In this document: in pieces, positions 1-8,217 of the stretch | Position numbering within the stretch: position 1 is the first letter of the stretch | Layout of the letters: each line of letters starts with the position of its first letter | Origin: Vibrio cholerae ATCC 14035 | GTDB lineage: Bacteria > Pseudomonadota > Gammaproteobacteria > Enterobacterales > Vibrionaceae | Direction: 5' to 3' | DNA: 32,000 nt | NCBI RefSeq assembly: GCF_000621645.1 | Contig: NZ_JHXR01000014.1 | Location: 60,001 to 92,000, forward strand | Notes under the pieces: model-generated | Databases searched by the model: none | The model's input: only the letters and a program-made list of their open reading frames with translations | What the model was told of the DNA's origin: nothing | Made by a program: the position numbers and the translations under genes

Positions 1-1131
1 CCTTTAGTTGATGAGTCTATATTCAAAGATCCAATAAATGAAAATATTAAAAACTGCAAGGATGAAATGGTAATTCTGGAAGATAATAATAAAGAAATAG
101 CTCTTCAATTTCAGAAGCAAGGCATCAGTCAAGATATTTCATCCCTGCTTGGAAAAGTAACAGAATATCAAAAATCTATAGATCAAGCGTCAGCAAAATT
201 GGTAGAGATAAATCAGAAAACTTCTGAATATCATGAGTACGTTCAGAAGCGTGGCGAGCTGGCACTTAGCTATAAAAATTACCTAAATAGCCAAAAAGAA
301 AGTATCGATAATGCATTTCAAAGACTCAAGGTGAAACAGCCGAGTTGGAATGATGAACAAAATGATTTGGTTCAGAATATTCTTGTCGATATAAACATCA
401 ATGGTAGAGTGGTATTTAATGTAGAGCAGTTTTATGCAGGGATTGAAGAGTGCTTAAATAAAGGTAAGTTTAGGAACACAAGTGAAAAATCCACCTTTGA
501 AAGGTTGCAAGAAACTTTTTGTGTTAAATCAATCGATGACTTATTCAAGCTTGTGGCAGGTGAAAAAATAATTAACTGTGATGGCACCCCGACAAGTATC
601 GAAGAGTTTTTTTGGAAACCTGAATATTTTAACAAAGGTGGGCGGTTCGAGCTGCTGAGTTACCTATATATACCTTCAAATATTAGAAAATATCTTTATG
701 TAAATGCTGACTTCCAATACAAAGGGAAAGAAGTAAATAAACTGTCAGTAGGTCAACGAGGTACTTTTTACGTATGTTTGAAATTAGCTACGGATCCATT
801 CGGCAGTCCATTTGTCTTTGACCAACCTGAGGATGATCTTGACAACGAGTTTATTATGGCTCAGCTTGTGCCACTATTTAGAAAAATAAAGAAATATCGA
901 CAAGTAATTATTGTTACTCATAATGCTAATCTGGTCGTTAATACTGACGCTGAGCAAGTTATCGTTGCTGATAATCAGGGCGAAAATATACGTTACAGAG
1001 CTGGTTCTGTTGAAGACGGTAATGTCAAAGATAATTCAGGGATAAGAGCTGATATTTGTAACATTCTGGAAGGCGGGAGTTATGCTTTTGAGAAAAGAGA
1101 GAGAAAATACGGTATCCAAGAATTTGCCTAA
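1..1131 (+). CDS. SMC/Rad50/ABC-type ATPase, C-terminal portion only (the gene starts left of the window); possible defence-island ATPase
   Basis: Frame 1 is open from nt 1, with no stop before the ATG at 67, so the ORF is 5'-truncated by the window. A long coiled-coil-looking stretch is followed by an ABC-signature-like LSVGQRG, Walker B/D-loop FVFDQPEDDLD and H-loop IIVTHNANL. The region is visibly more AT-rich than the rest of the window. Confidence 0.75.
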   Translation, partial: PLVDESIFKDPINENIKNCKDEMVILEDNNKEIALQFQKQGISQDISSLLGKVTEYQKSIDQASAKLVEINQKTSEYHEYVQKRGELALSYKNYLNSQKESIDNAFQRLKVKQPSWNDEQNDLVQNILVDININGRVVFNVEQFYAGIEECLNKGKFRNTSEKSTFERLQETFCVKSIDDLFKLVAGEKIINCDGTPTSIEEFFWKPEYFNKGGRFELLSYLYIPSNIRKYLYVNADFQYKGKEVNKLSVGQRGTFYVCLKLATDPFGSPFVFDQPEDDLDNEFIMAQLVPLFRKIKKYRQVIIVTHNANLVVNTDAEQVIVADNQGENIRYRAGSVEDGNVKDNSGIRADICNILEGGSYAFEKRERKYGIQEFA

Positions 1132-1311
1132 CAAGCCACTACACTCGGAAATTTTACTCGCTTTGCTCCCAAAATTCCGGTGAATGGATAGGTAAACCTA
1201 TAGAAATTTTAATCCGAAACTCAAAAATTAGAGTTGGGAGCTTAACACGCTTCTGTCCATAAACGCGTCATCCCAAATCAGCGATAAACTCCAAGTGACT
1301 ACAAATCTAGT

Positions 1312-1733
1312 TCCCTCCCCTTTTAGGGGAGGGTTAGGGTGGGGTATTTTAGTTTTCGCTGAAGTTTGTATTTTCCACGTTTAACACATCTGGTGCGAAA
1401 TACCCCCTCCCAACCTCCCCCTATAAGGGAGAGGGGCGTGAAACATTTGAGTTTTGTTGAAGTATTTATTTCCCACTATTTAACTCATCTGGCGTGAAAT
1501 ACCCCCTCCCAACCTCCCCCTATAAGGGGGAGGAGCGTGAAACATTTGAGTTTCGCCGAAGTATTTATTTTCAACTATTTAACTCATCTGGCGCGAAATA
1601 CCCCCACCCGTCCTCCCCTATAAGGGGGAGGGGGCTGTAATATTTGAGTGTCGCTGAAATATTTATTTTCCACGTTTAATACATCTGGCGCGAAATACCC
1701 CCTCCCAACCTCCCCTTATAAGGGGGAGGGGTA
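1312..1733. repeat. Array of five GC-tract palindromic modules separated by conserved AT-rich linkers (BIME/REP-like cluster, period 97-99 bp)
   Basis: Modules lie at about 1312-1346 (inverted), 1400-1436, 1499-1535, 1598-1634 and 1695-1731. The core is CCTCCCCC-TATAA-GGGGGAGG, preceded by ATACCCCCTCCCAA. Direct copies start at 1397, 1496, 1595 and 1692. The linkers are also conserved between units. Confidence 0.85.
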
Positions 1734-1904
1734 ACGAAGCCTGTACAAAACGCTTTCCCATTAAAAACAGCAAAGTACCAGACGCAGACCGTATTGAGGT
1801 ATGCTAACGCCTCTTGGTTTTCGAGGGGCGAGGTTGCTCCTCTGGTTAACGTGATTGCGGAGTGGGCGACACTGGCGCACTCCAATCCATCATTAAGTGA
1901 TTGC

Positions 1905-3359
1905 ATGAAAAAATGGTTAATGGTGCAAGGCACCACCTCAGATGCGGGAAAAAGCGTGTTGGTTGCCGGCTTGTGCCGAGTATTGGCGCGTCGCGGCATT
2001 CAAGTTTGCCCTTTCAAGCCCCAGAACATGGCGCTTAACAGCGCGGTAACGCCTGACGGGGGTGAGATAGGCCGCGCGCAAGCGGTACAAGCGCAAGCCT
2101 GTGGTATTGCGCCGAGCGTACACATGAATCCGGTGCTGTTGAAACCCAATTCAGATACGGGCGCGCAAGTGATTTTGCAAGGCCGCGCCTTATCCAACAT
2201 GGAAGCGAATGCTTATCACGACTACAAAAAGGTCGCGATGGATACAGTGATGGATTCCTTCCAGCGCCTGCAACAAGAGTATGAAGCCATCATGATTGAG
2301 GGGGCGGGCAGCCCTGCGGAAATCAACTTACGTGAGAATGACATCGCCAATATGGGCTTTGCCGAAAAAGCCGATGTGCCTGTGATCATCGTAGCGGATA
2401 TTGATCGCGGCGGCGTGTTTGCCCATTTATACGGCACCTTGGCGCTGCTTTCTGAGTCTGAGCAAGCGCGGGTAAAAGGCTTTGTGATTAACCGCTTTCG
2501 CGGCGACATTGGCTTGCTGCAATCAGGGCTCGATTGGTTGGAGCAGAAAACCGGTAAACCTGTGATTGGTGTGTTGCCTTATCTGCATGGCTTTGATCTG
2601 GAAGCAGAAGATGCGATTGCCGCGCAGCAAAACCTGTCGGCGGATCGCCAATTGCGTGTGGCGGTTCCGGTGTTTACGCGCATCAGCAATCACACTGATT
2701 TTGATCCGCTGCGGCTCAATCCCAATATCGATTTTCGTTATGTTGGGCAGGGCGAGTCACTGTCGGGCGCAGATTTAATCATCCTCCCCGGAAGCAAATC
2801 CACCCGTGCTGATCTGGCTTATTTACGTTCACAAGGTTGGGATAAAGAGATCCTCCGTCACTTGCGCTTAGGCGGCAAAGTGATGGGCATTTGTGGCGGT
2901 TTTCAAATGCTTGGAGAATGGGTGCATGATCCGCTTGGTATTGAAGGTGAGGCTGGCAGCAGCGAAGGGCTGGGGCTGTTTGCGATGCAAACCGAGCTTA
3001 CCGCCGAAAAGCGCCTCACTAACGTGCAAGGTCATTTGACCTTAGATGGCCAAACCGTGGCCGCGCAAGGTTATGAGATTCATGCGGGGCGCTCAAGTTG
3101 GGCAGCCGATCAAAAAAGCCCGATTATACTCAGTGATGGCAGCTTGGATGGGTTAGTCAGTGACTGTAATCAAGGCTTTGGCACCTATTTACATGGTATT
3201 TTTGACCGCCCTGAAACGGCATTGCGCATTTGCCAATGGGCTGGCGCAAAAGAGATTGAAGCGTATGATCACCGAGCGGCGCAAGAGCGGGCGATTGACC
3301 GTATTGCGGATGCGATTGAGCAGCACCTCAACCTTACGCTTTTGTGGCCTGACTTATAA
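1905..3359 (+). CDS. cobQ: Cobyric acid synthase (CobQ/CbiP)
   Basis: The N-terminus [50 protein letters not shown] is typical of CobQ/CbiP, and there is a C-terminal GATase-like [10 protein letters not shown]. The ORF track starts at 1794, but family alignment favours the ATG at 1905 (or 1920). Confidence 0.9.
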   Translation: MKKWLMVQGTTSDAGKSVLVAGLCRVLARRGIQVCPFKPQNMALNSAVTPDGGEIGRAQAVQAQACGIAPSVHMNPVLLKPNSDTGAQVILQGRALSNMEANAYHDYKKVAMDTVMDSFQRLQQEYEAIMIEGAGSPAEINLRENDIANMGFAEKADVPVIIVADIDRGGVFAHLYGTLALLSESEQARVKGFVINRFRGDIGLLQSGLDWLEQKTGKPVIGVLPYLHGFDLEAEDAIAAQQNLSADRQLRVAVPVFTRISNHTDFDPLRLNPNIDFRYVGQGESLSGADLIILPGSKSTRADLAYLRSQGWDKEILRHLRLGGKVMGICGGFQMLGEWVHDPLGIEGEAGSSEGLGLFAMQTELTAEKRLTNVQGHLTLDGQTVAAQGYEIHAGRSSWAADQKSPIILSDGSLDGLVSDCNQGFGTYLHGIFDRPETALRICQWAGAKEIEAYDHRAAQERAIDRIADAIEQHLNLTLLWPDL

Positions 3360-3364
3360 GGAAC

Positions 3365-4129
3365 ATGCCGATGTTGAAATGCATTCTGCTCCTGCTGTGT
3401 GTGGCGCTTAACGCGCCGCTGGCGAGCGCGAAAGAGACACTGCACATTTACGCAGCCTCATCGATGACCAATGCCGTCAATGCGTTAGTGGCCGACTACT
3501 CACAGCAGCATGATGTGAAGCTGGTGACGGTGTACGGCGGCTCTTCTTCGCTGGCGCGTCAAATTGAAGCGGGCGCACCTGCGGATCTGTTTATTTCCGC
3601 CAATGAAGAGTGGGCGAATTACTTAGTCGAGAAAGGCTTAGTGAAACCGAACATGGTGGTGACGTTGGCGGCGAATAGTTTGGTGCTGATTCGCCCGACT
3701 GCGCAGCCGGTGGCAAGTTTTGAGCTGCAAGATGCCGCGGCTTGGCAAGCGGCCTTGGCCGATTCTCGCTTGGCGGTAGCGCAAGTGGATGCGGTGCCTG
3801 CGGGCATGTATGCCAAGCAAGCGCTGCAACATGCGGGGGTGTGGCCTGAGCTGGAATCTCGCCTTGCGCAAACCAATAACGTGCGTTTGGCGCTGGCGTT
3901 GGTCGAGCGTGGTGAATCACCGCTTGGCATCGTGTACAAAACCGATGCGCTGCTCAGTGATAAAGTGACGATCGTGACGGCATTTTCGGCGCAGTCTCAC
4001 CAGCCGATCCGCTATCCGCTGGCGAAATTGAATGATAAAGCGGCGAGCGCCGAATGGGTGGCGTATTTACGCTCAGACGCCGCGCAGCAAATCTTGCAAT
4101 GTTTTGGTTTTGAGTCGGTGAGTGAGTAA
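3365..4129 (+). CDS. modA: Molybdate ABC transporter periplasmic binding protein ModA
   Basis: Signal peptide MPMLKCILLLLCVALNAPLASA, followed by ModA-like IYAASS..YGGSS..ADLFISAN. The gene is followed by modB and modC. Its ATG lies 5 nt after the cobQ stop, and the SD AAGGA overlaps that stop. Confidence 0.9.
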   Translation: MPMLKCILLLLCVALNAPLASAKETLHIYAASSMTNAVNALVADYSQQHDVKLVTVYGGSSSLARQIEAGAPADLFISANEEWANYLVEKGLVKPNMVVTLAANSLVLIRPTAQPVASFELQDAAAWQAALADSRLAVAQVDAVPAGMYAKQALQHAGVWPELESRLAQTNNVRLALALVERGESPLGIVYKTDALLSDKVTIVTAFSAQSHQPIRYPLAKLNDKAASAEWVAYLRSDAAQQILQCFGFESVSE

Positions 4130-4132
4130 TTG

Positions 4133-4828
4133 ATGGGGCTCTCCGATTATGAATGGGCGGCGTTGGCGCTGAGTTTAAAAGTGGCTGGCTATGCGACCTT
4201 GTGGTTGCTGCCGATAGGTATTGTGCTGGCGTGGGTGCTGGCGCGCACCTCTTTTATCGGCAAAGGGCTGATTGATAGTTTGGTGCATTTGCCCTTGGTG
4301 CTACCGCCGGTGGTGATCGGTTATTTATTACTGATCAGCATGGGGCGGCAGGGGTTTATTGGTCAGTGGCTCTATCAGGTGTTTGGGCTCAGTTTTAGCT
4401 TCAGTTGGCGCGGTGCGGTGCTCGCGTGCATGGTGATTGCGCTGCCCTTGATGGTGCGCTCGATACGTCTCAGTCTTGAAAGTGTCGATCAAAAACTTGA
4501 GCAAGCGGCGCGCACCTTAGGTGCATCGCCGATGCGGGTCTTTTTTACCATCACGCTGCCATTAACCTTGCCGGGGATACTCACTGGCATCATGCTCGCG
4601 TTTGCGCGTAGCCTTGGCGAGTTTGGTGCCACCATCAGTTTTGTCTCCAACATCCCCGGTGAAACCCAAACCATCCCGCTCGCCATGTTCACCTTTTTAG
4701 AAACGCCGGGTTCAGAAATGGAAGCGGCACGCTTGTGTGCGATCTCGATTGCCATCGCGCTCGGCTCGTTATTTATCTCGGAATGGCTAAGTCGGCGTAT
4801 GCAACGCCGCTTAGGTTTAACGTCATGA
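4133..4828 (+). CDS. modB: Molybdate ABC transporter permease ModB
   Basis: Polytopic membrane protein with the EAA-type loop [22 protein letters not shown]. The ATG at 4133 lies 3 nt after the modA stop. The ORF track uses the TTG at 4130. Confidence 0.9.
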   Translation: MGLSDYEWAALALSLKVAGYATLWLLPIGIVLAWVLARTSFIGKGLIDSLVHLPLVLPPVVIGYLLLISMGRQGFIGQWLYQVFGLSFSFSWRGAVLACMVIALPLMVRSIRLSLESVDQKLEQAARTLGASPMRVFFTITLPLTLPGILTGIMLAFARSLGEFGATISFVSNIPGETQTIPLAMFTFLETPGSEMEAARLCAISIAIALGSLFISEWLSRRMQRRLGLTS

Positions 4829-4841
4829 GTGGGTTAACATC

Positions 4842-5942
4842 ATGAGTGAAGTGATTGTGCAACTGCAAAAGCGGTTGGGCGAAACCCAACTTGACGTGGA
4901 TTTGCGTTTACCCGCCGTCGGGATTTGCGCGATCTTTGGGCGCTCTGGTGCGGGTAAAACGTCCCTGATTAACCTTATCAGTGGGTTAACCACGCCCGAT
5001 GTGGGCGAAATTCACCTCGCAGGGCGCTCGCTCTTTAGTTCATCACAAGGCATTCAATTGCCGATTGAGCAGCGCAAAATTGGCTATGTGTTTCAAGATG
5101 CGCGACTGTTTCCGCACTATACGGTGCGCGGCAATCTGAATTATGGGGTGACTCACGCTGATCCTGAATACTTTGCCAGTGTGACCCGCTTATTGGCGTT
5201 GGAGCCGCTCCTTGCCCGTTATCCTCGCGATCTTTCTGGCGGCGAAAAGCAGCGCGTAGCGATTGGGCGAGCGCTACTGTCAAAACCCGATTTACTGCTG
5301 ATGGATGAGCCGCTGGCCTCGCTCGATATGCCGCGCAAAAAAGAGGTGATGCCGTTTTTGGAAAACCTCGCGCAGCATTTTCGGTTGCCGATCCTCTATG
5401 TCTCGCACAGCATGCAGGAAATTTTACGCCTTGCGGATCATCTGGTGGTGTTGGAGCAGGGCAAGGTACTGAGCGCAGGGCCGATTGAGCAAGTTTGGTT
5501 ATCCAAAGCGATGCGGCCTTGGCAATCATTCAGTGAACAAAGCACACTGTTTTCTGCCACCGTAGCCAAACATCACCAAGCCTATGGTTTGACGCAAGTT
5601 CGCTTGGCGGAGGAGGTGTGGCTTTGGGTTCAGCAAGTAGAGGCGGACGTAGGCAGCAGCGTGCGTATGCAGGTGCGCGCCAATGATGTGTCGATAGCGC
5701 TGGATAAACCGACCGCAAGCTCGATTCGCAATATTTTACCGGCTCGTATTGTCGCGATTGAGCACCAACAGCCGAGTAAAAAAAGTGTCTCGCTCAAGTT
5801 GGAACTAGCACCACACTGCTACTTGTGGGCGGTGGTGACGGAGTGGGCTCACGCCGAACTCGCGCTAGAGGTCGGTATGCCGGTCTTTGCTCAAATTAAA
5901 GGGGTGAGTGTGGCGCAGCGTGATGTGATTTTAACGCACTAA
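4842..5942 (+). CDS. modC: Molybdate ABC transporter ATPase ModC
   Basis: Walker [10 protein letters not shown], signature LSGGEKQRV and Walker B LLLMDEP, plus a C-terminal Mop/TOBE-like domain. Its position after modAB supports the call. Confidence 0.9.
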   Translation: MSEVIVQLQKRLGETQLDVDLRLPAVGICAIFGRSGAGKTSLINLISGLTTPDVGEIHLAGRSLFSSSQGIQLPIEQRKIGYVFQDARLFPHYTVRGNLNYGVTHADPEYFASVTRLLALEPLLARYPRDLSGGEKQRVAIGRALLSKPDLLLMDEPLASLDMPRKKEVMPFLENLAQHFRLPILYVSHSMQEILRLADHLVVLEQGKVLSAGPIEQVWLSKAMRPWQSFSEQSTLFSATVAKHHQAYGLTQVRLAEEVWLWVQQVEADVGSSVRMQVRANDVSIALDKPTASSIRNILPARIVAIEHQQPSKKSVSLKLELAPHCYLWAVVTEWAHAELALEVGMPVFAQIKGVSVAQRDVILTH

Positions 5943-6052
5943 CTGATGGTTATCCCCTTTCTTTGATCCCCTTGCTACTTACAACACCAAGCAGAAAGGG
6001 GACAGTCGCAGTACAAATTGAGGTAACGGTATACGCTCAATGTGCTCAATGC

Positions 6053-7372
6053 TCAGCGTGCGAGCTTATGGTGCGCACGGGAAAAATGTCCCGCGCAAAA
6101 TGCGCCAACGATCGATAATTCACCGGCTAAACAGAGTGCTGCGGCCACTTCGGCTAAAGCTCGTGCGTGGCCTTGCCCGGCCAATCCCATCAGCGATAAA
6201 CAGGCGTGTTGGCTAGGGAGATGGGTGCCGCCGCCAACGGTTCCGACCATCAAATTAGGCAGGGTGACACTGGCGTATAAACCGCCGTGAGGGTGGATCT
6301 CCATGCGCGTCATCCCTATTGCGGATTCGGCTACACACGCGGCATCTTGCCCACACGCAATATAAAGCGCGGCAAGGGCATTGGCGTAATGAGCATTCAC
6401 ACCAATCGCGCCACTCAGTGCGCCGCCTACTGTGGTCATTTGCCCAAACTGCATCATCTGCTCTGGTGTGGTGTGGAGGTACTTTTTGACTAACTCGGCA
6501 GAGAGATGCACCTCAGCGCTGACTTTTTTGCCGCGCACGCTGCGCAGCGTATAGCTATTGGCTTTTTTGTCACCGGAGAGGTTGCCATCGAGAAAGGCTT
6601 GCACTGGCGCAACCGGTGAGTGGCGCATGATGAACTCAAAAACAGCGTGAGTGGCGATCGTCACCATGTTTTGACCGCTGGCATCGCCTGTGGTGTATTC
6701 AAACACCAGATAGACGTGATTCCCTTCGATATTGACCTGAATATCTTTCAGTTTGCCGTGCGCGGTGGTGGACTGAGCTATCTCTTTCATCTGCTCAAAT
6801 TGGCTGGTCACCCAACCGACAAATTGCCCGGCTTGCGCCAGCGAAAGAAAAGCAAACACGGGCGTGCGAGTCACCCCTTCATTGAGCACTAGCGCACTTG
6901 CGCCGCCTGCTGCCGTGATGAGTTGGCTACCACGATGGTATGACGCCACTAACGCCACTAACGCCGCTTCTGTGGTGGCCAGCGGAACCAAATAGTCCCC
7001 TTGCGCATGAGAGCCGTTAACGCGCAGTGGCCCCGCAATACCGACAGGCAGTTTCACTGTGCCGATGAAATACTCGATGTTTTTTTGGTAAGCCTGCATG
7101 GTGCGCTCGGTTTGCTCATCCAAAAGCAGAGCTTGCGCTTCGGGCGCGGCGAGTTTTTGCCAACGCTTCATCACTTGTTGCTCGGTAAGAGCCGGGCTTG
7201 GTGTTAGGCGGACACTAGGTCTATCAAATCGGGGAGCAAGCTGATCTATCAATCTATCGGGAGCTAGCGTCGCCACATCTGGCGAATAAAGAGGTTGCAA
7301 AGCAAGCTTAGGCATAACAGTTCTTGGTATTGAGTTTGCTGGGCATTGTAAAGCCAACGAGGTGAATTTCAA
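6053..7372 (-). CDS. Hydroxymethylglutaryl-CoA reductase (class I, archaeal-like)
   Basis: Motifs PVGIAGPL, PLATTEAALVALVASYHRG, TGDA.GQNMV and GTVGGGT are typical of HMGR. The start is uncertain: there is a TTG at 7372 with no SD, and an alternative ATG at 7315. Confidence 0.9.
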   Translation of the reverse strand: MKFTSLALQCPANSIPRTVMPKLALQPLYSPDVATLAPDRLIDQLAPRFDRPSVRLTPSPALTEQQVMKRWQKLAAPEAQALLLDEQTERTMQAYQKNIEYFIGTVKLPVGIAGPLRVNGSHAQGDYLVPLATTEAALVALVASYHRGSQLITAAGGASALVLNEGVTRTPVFAFLSLAQAGQFVGWVTSQFEQMKEIAQSTTAHGKLKDIQVNIEGNHVYLVFEYTTGDASGQNMVTIATHAVFEFIMRHSPVAPVQAFLDGNLSGDKKANSYTLRSVRGKKVSAEVHLSAELVKKYLHTTPEQMMQFGQMTTVGGALSGAIGVNAHYANALAALYIACGQDAACVAESAIGMTRMEIHPHGGLYASVTLPNLMVGTVGGGTHLPSQHACLSLMGLAGQGHARALAEVAAALCLAGELSIVGAFCAGHFSRAHHKLAR

Positions 7373-7401
7373 CGCGAGGATAAAAAAGCTTACAGTTTGG
7401 C

Positions 7402-7692
7402 TTAAACACGTACATCCAACATGGTACCGAGCATATCTTGGTCACGCTGGATCAGGTTTGTTCCAATTCGGCTGTAATGTGAGGCTTGGTTAAGGCTATT
7501 GAGCGCATCAATGTGGTTGGCGTACTGCTTTTTCGGTGCGGGAGGCGCAGGTTGCAGCGTGGGGTCTATCGGTTTTCCGATAGTGGATTCAACGGGTAAG
7601 CTCGCCTGTTGGATCTCGCGCGCAGCATCCTCCATCATTTTGGAAGAGTGCATGACCATGGATGAACCATTAGAAACTGCTGATACGGACAT
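7402..7692 (-). CDS. Hypothetical small protein (96 aa), immediately upstream of and co-oriented with HMG-CoA reductase
   Basis: The ATG at 7692 is preceded by GAGGT with 7-nt spacing. The ORF ends 29 nt before the reductase ORF. I recognise no family. Confidence 0.5.
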   Translation of the reverse strand: MSVSAVSNGSSMVMHSSKMMEDAAREIQQASLPVESTIGKPIDPTLQPAPPAPKKQYANHIDALNSLNQASHYSRIGTNLIQRDQDMLGTMLDVRV

Positions 7693-7748
7693 CGCGCTTA
7701 CCTCATCTTTACGATTAAAGTTTAGTCGTATCGCCTGAGTTACTCAAG

Positions 7749-7973
7749 TTAGGAAAACAGATGCGCAATCGCATCGCGCTCTTCTTCGGTGAGCAACGCA
7801 CTCTCATTTTGATGCAGCGAACGATCGATTTCCCCTTGCAGGGCGCGCAACTGCTGCGGGCTTAATTGGCTCAGTTGTGATTTCCAGCGTTCAAATTGTT
7901 TAGGGTTCATTGGGTGTTCCGGTATTAACAAATAGAGGTCTTTGTTGAGACGTCTTCGACAATCGGTGCTCAT
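7749..7973 (-). CDS. Hypothetical small protein (74 aa)
   Basis: The ATG at 7973 is preceded by AGGGAG with 7-nt spacing. The ORF-track start at 8060 has no such signal. The C-terminal two-thirds look helical and charged. I recognise no family. Confidence 0.45.
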   Translation of the reverse strand: MSTDCRRRLNKDLYLLIPEHPMNPKQFERWKSQLSQLSPQQLRALQGEIDRSLHQNESALLTEEERDAIAHLFS

Positions 7974-8070
7974 GGTGTTGCTCCCTGTTGCCGCATTGCA
8001 ATAAGCAAAAATTAGCGCTGAGCTGCTGGTTTCTTGTCCGAAAAGTGTCAAGGTTATCAAAAAAACTGGT

Positions 8071-8098
8071 GATATCTGCCTTGGCTACAACAGATATC
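8071..8098. promoter_or_regulatory. Inverted repeat GATATCTG-N12-CAGATATC in the divergent control region
   Basis: Perfect 8-bp arms at 8071-8078 and 8091-8098. It lies between the small-ORF/HMGR transcription unit (-) and hnoX (+). Confidence 0.3.
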
Positions 8099-8217
8099 TG
8101 TGCAGCATCAACTCGTTTGGCAATAAGAAAAATACTCCTTTTGGGGGAGACGATCTTGCGGCTTTTCCTTATCTCTACAACACTTGAATGAAAACAAGCG
8201 CAAGTGAGGCAATCCAG

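Noticed and set aside
1312-1733. Regularly spaced palindromic repeats that could be mistaken for a CRISPR array.
   Set aside because: The 'spacers' are themselves conserved between units (two linker subtypes), so there is no unique spacer content. One repeat is inverted, the period is about 99 bp, and no cas genes are in the window.
1132-1793. Possible integron attC/VCR sites, given the V. cholerae chromosome II context.
   Set aside because: The sequence does not resemble the VCR consensus as I remember it, and there is no cassette-like organisation or integrase. The repeats are G/C-tract palindromes of a different type.
1740-1904. Cobalamin riboswitch upstream of cobQ.
   Set aside because: I could not find the conserved GGGAA / GCCACTG (B12-box) elements or the expected multi-stem layout. 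Only short generic hairpins are present. A covariance-model scan (Rfam RF00174) would be decisive.
1794-1904. Longer cobQ ORF starting at 1794 (521 aa in the ORF track).
   Set aside because: The extra 37 residues have no counterpart in CobQ/CbiP proteins, which begin close to the MVQGT.SD.GKS motif, and the extension runs out of the repeat array.
3591-3939. Antisense ORFs of 60-165 aa listed in the track inside modA. The same type occurs inside cobQ, modC, the HMGR gene, yccS, helD, torS, pyk, pgtP, pgtC, pgtB, pgtA and yqhD (for example 5035-5529, 20578-20906, 25321-25746 and 27522-27977).
   Set aside because: They lie entirely within well-supported genes on the opposite strand or in other frames. 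Their composition is low-complexity or Arg/Ser/Cys/Pro-rich, and they have no start-site signals. These are typical shadow ORFs.
5953-6002. 10-bp inverted repeat TCCCCTTTCT..AGAAAGGGGA between convergent modC and the reductase gene, with a duplicated GATCCCCTT left arm.
   Set aside because: The loop is 30 nt and there is no flanking T-run, so it may act as a weak bidirectional terminator or be a REP-like remnant. The evidence is insufficient to list it as a feature.
8188-8217. N-terminal extension offered by the ORF track for hnoX (start at 8188).
   Set aside because: The extension adds residues foreign to the H-NOX family, and the ATG at 8218 has a better ribosome-binding context. Analogous extensions were rejected for the same reasons: torS from 18018 (it would also overlap torT), pgtA from 28013, the PepSY protein from 15046, torT from 18095 and the 103-aa ORF from 8060.
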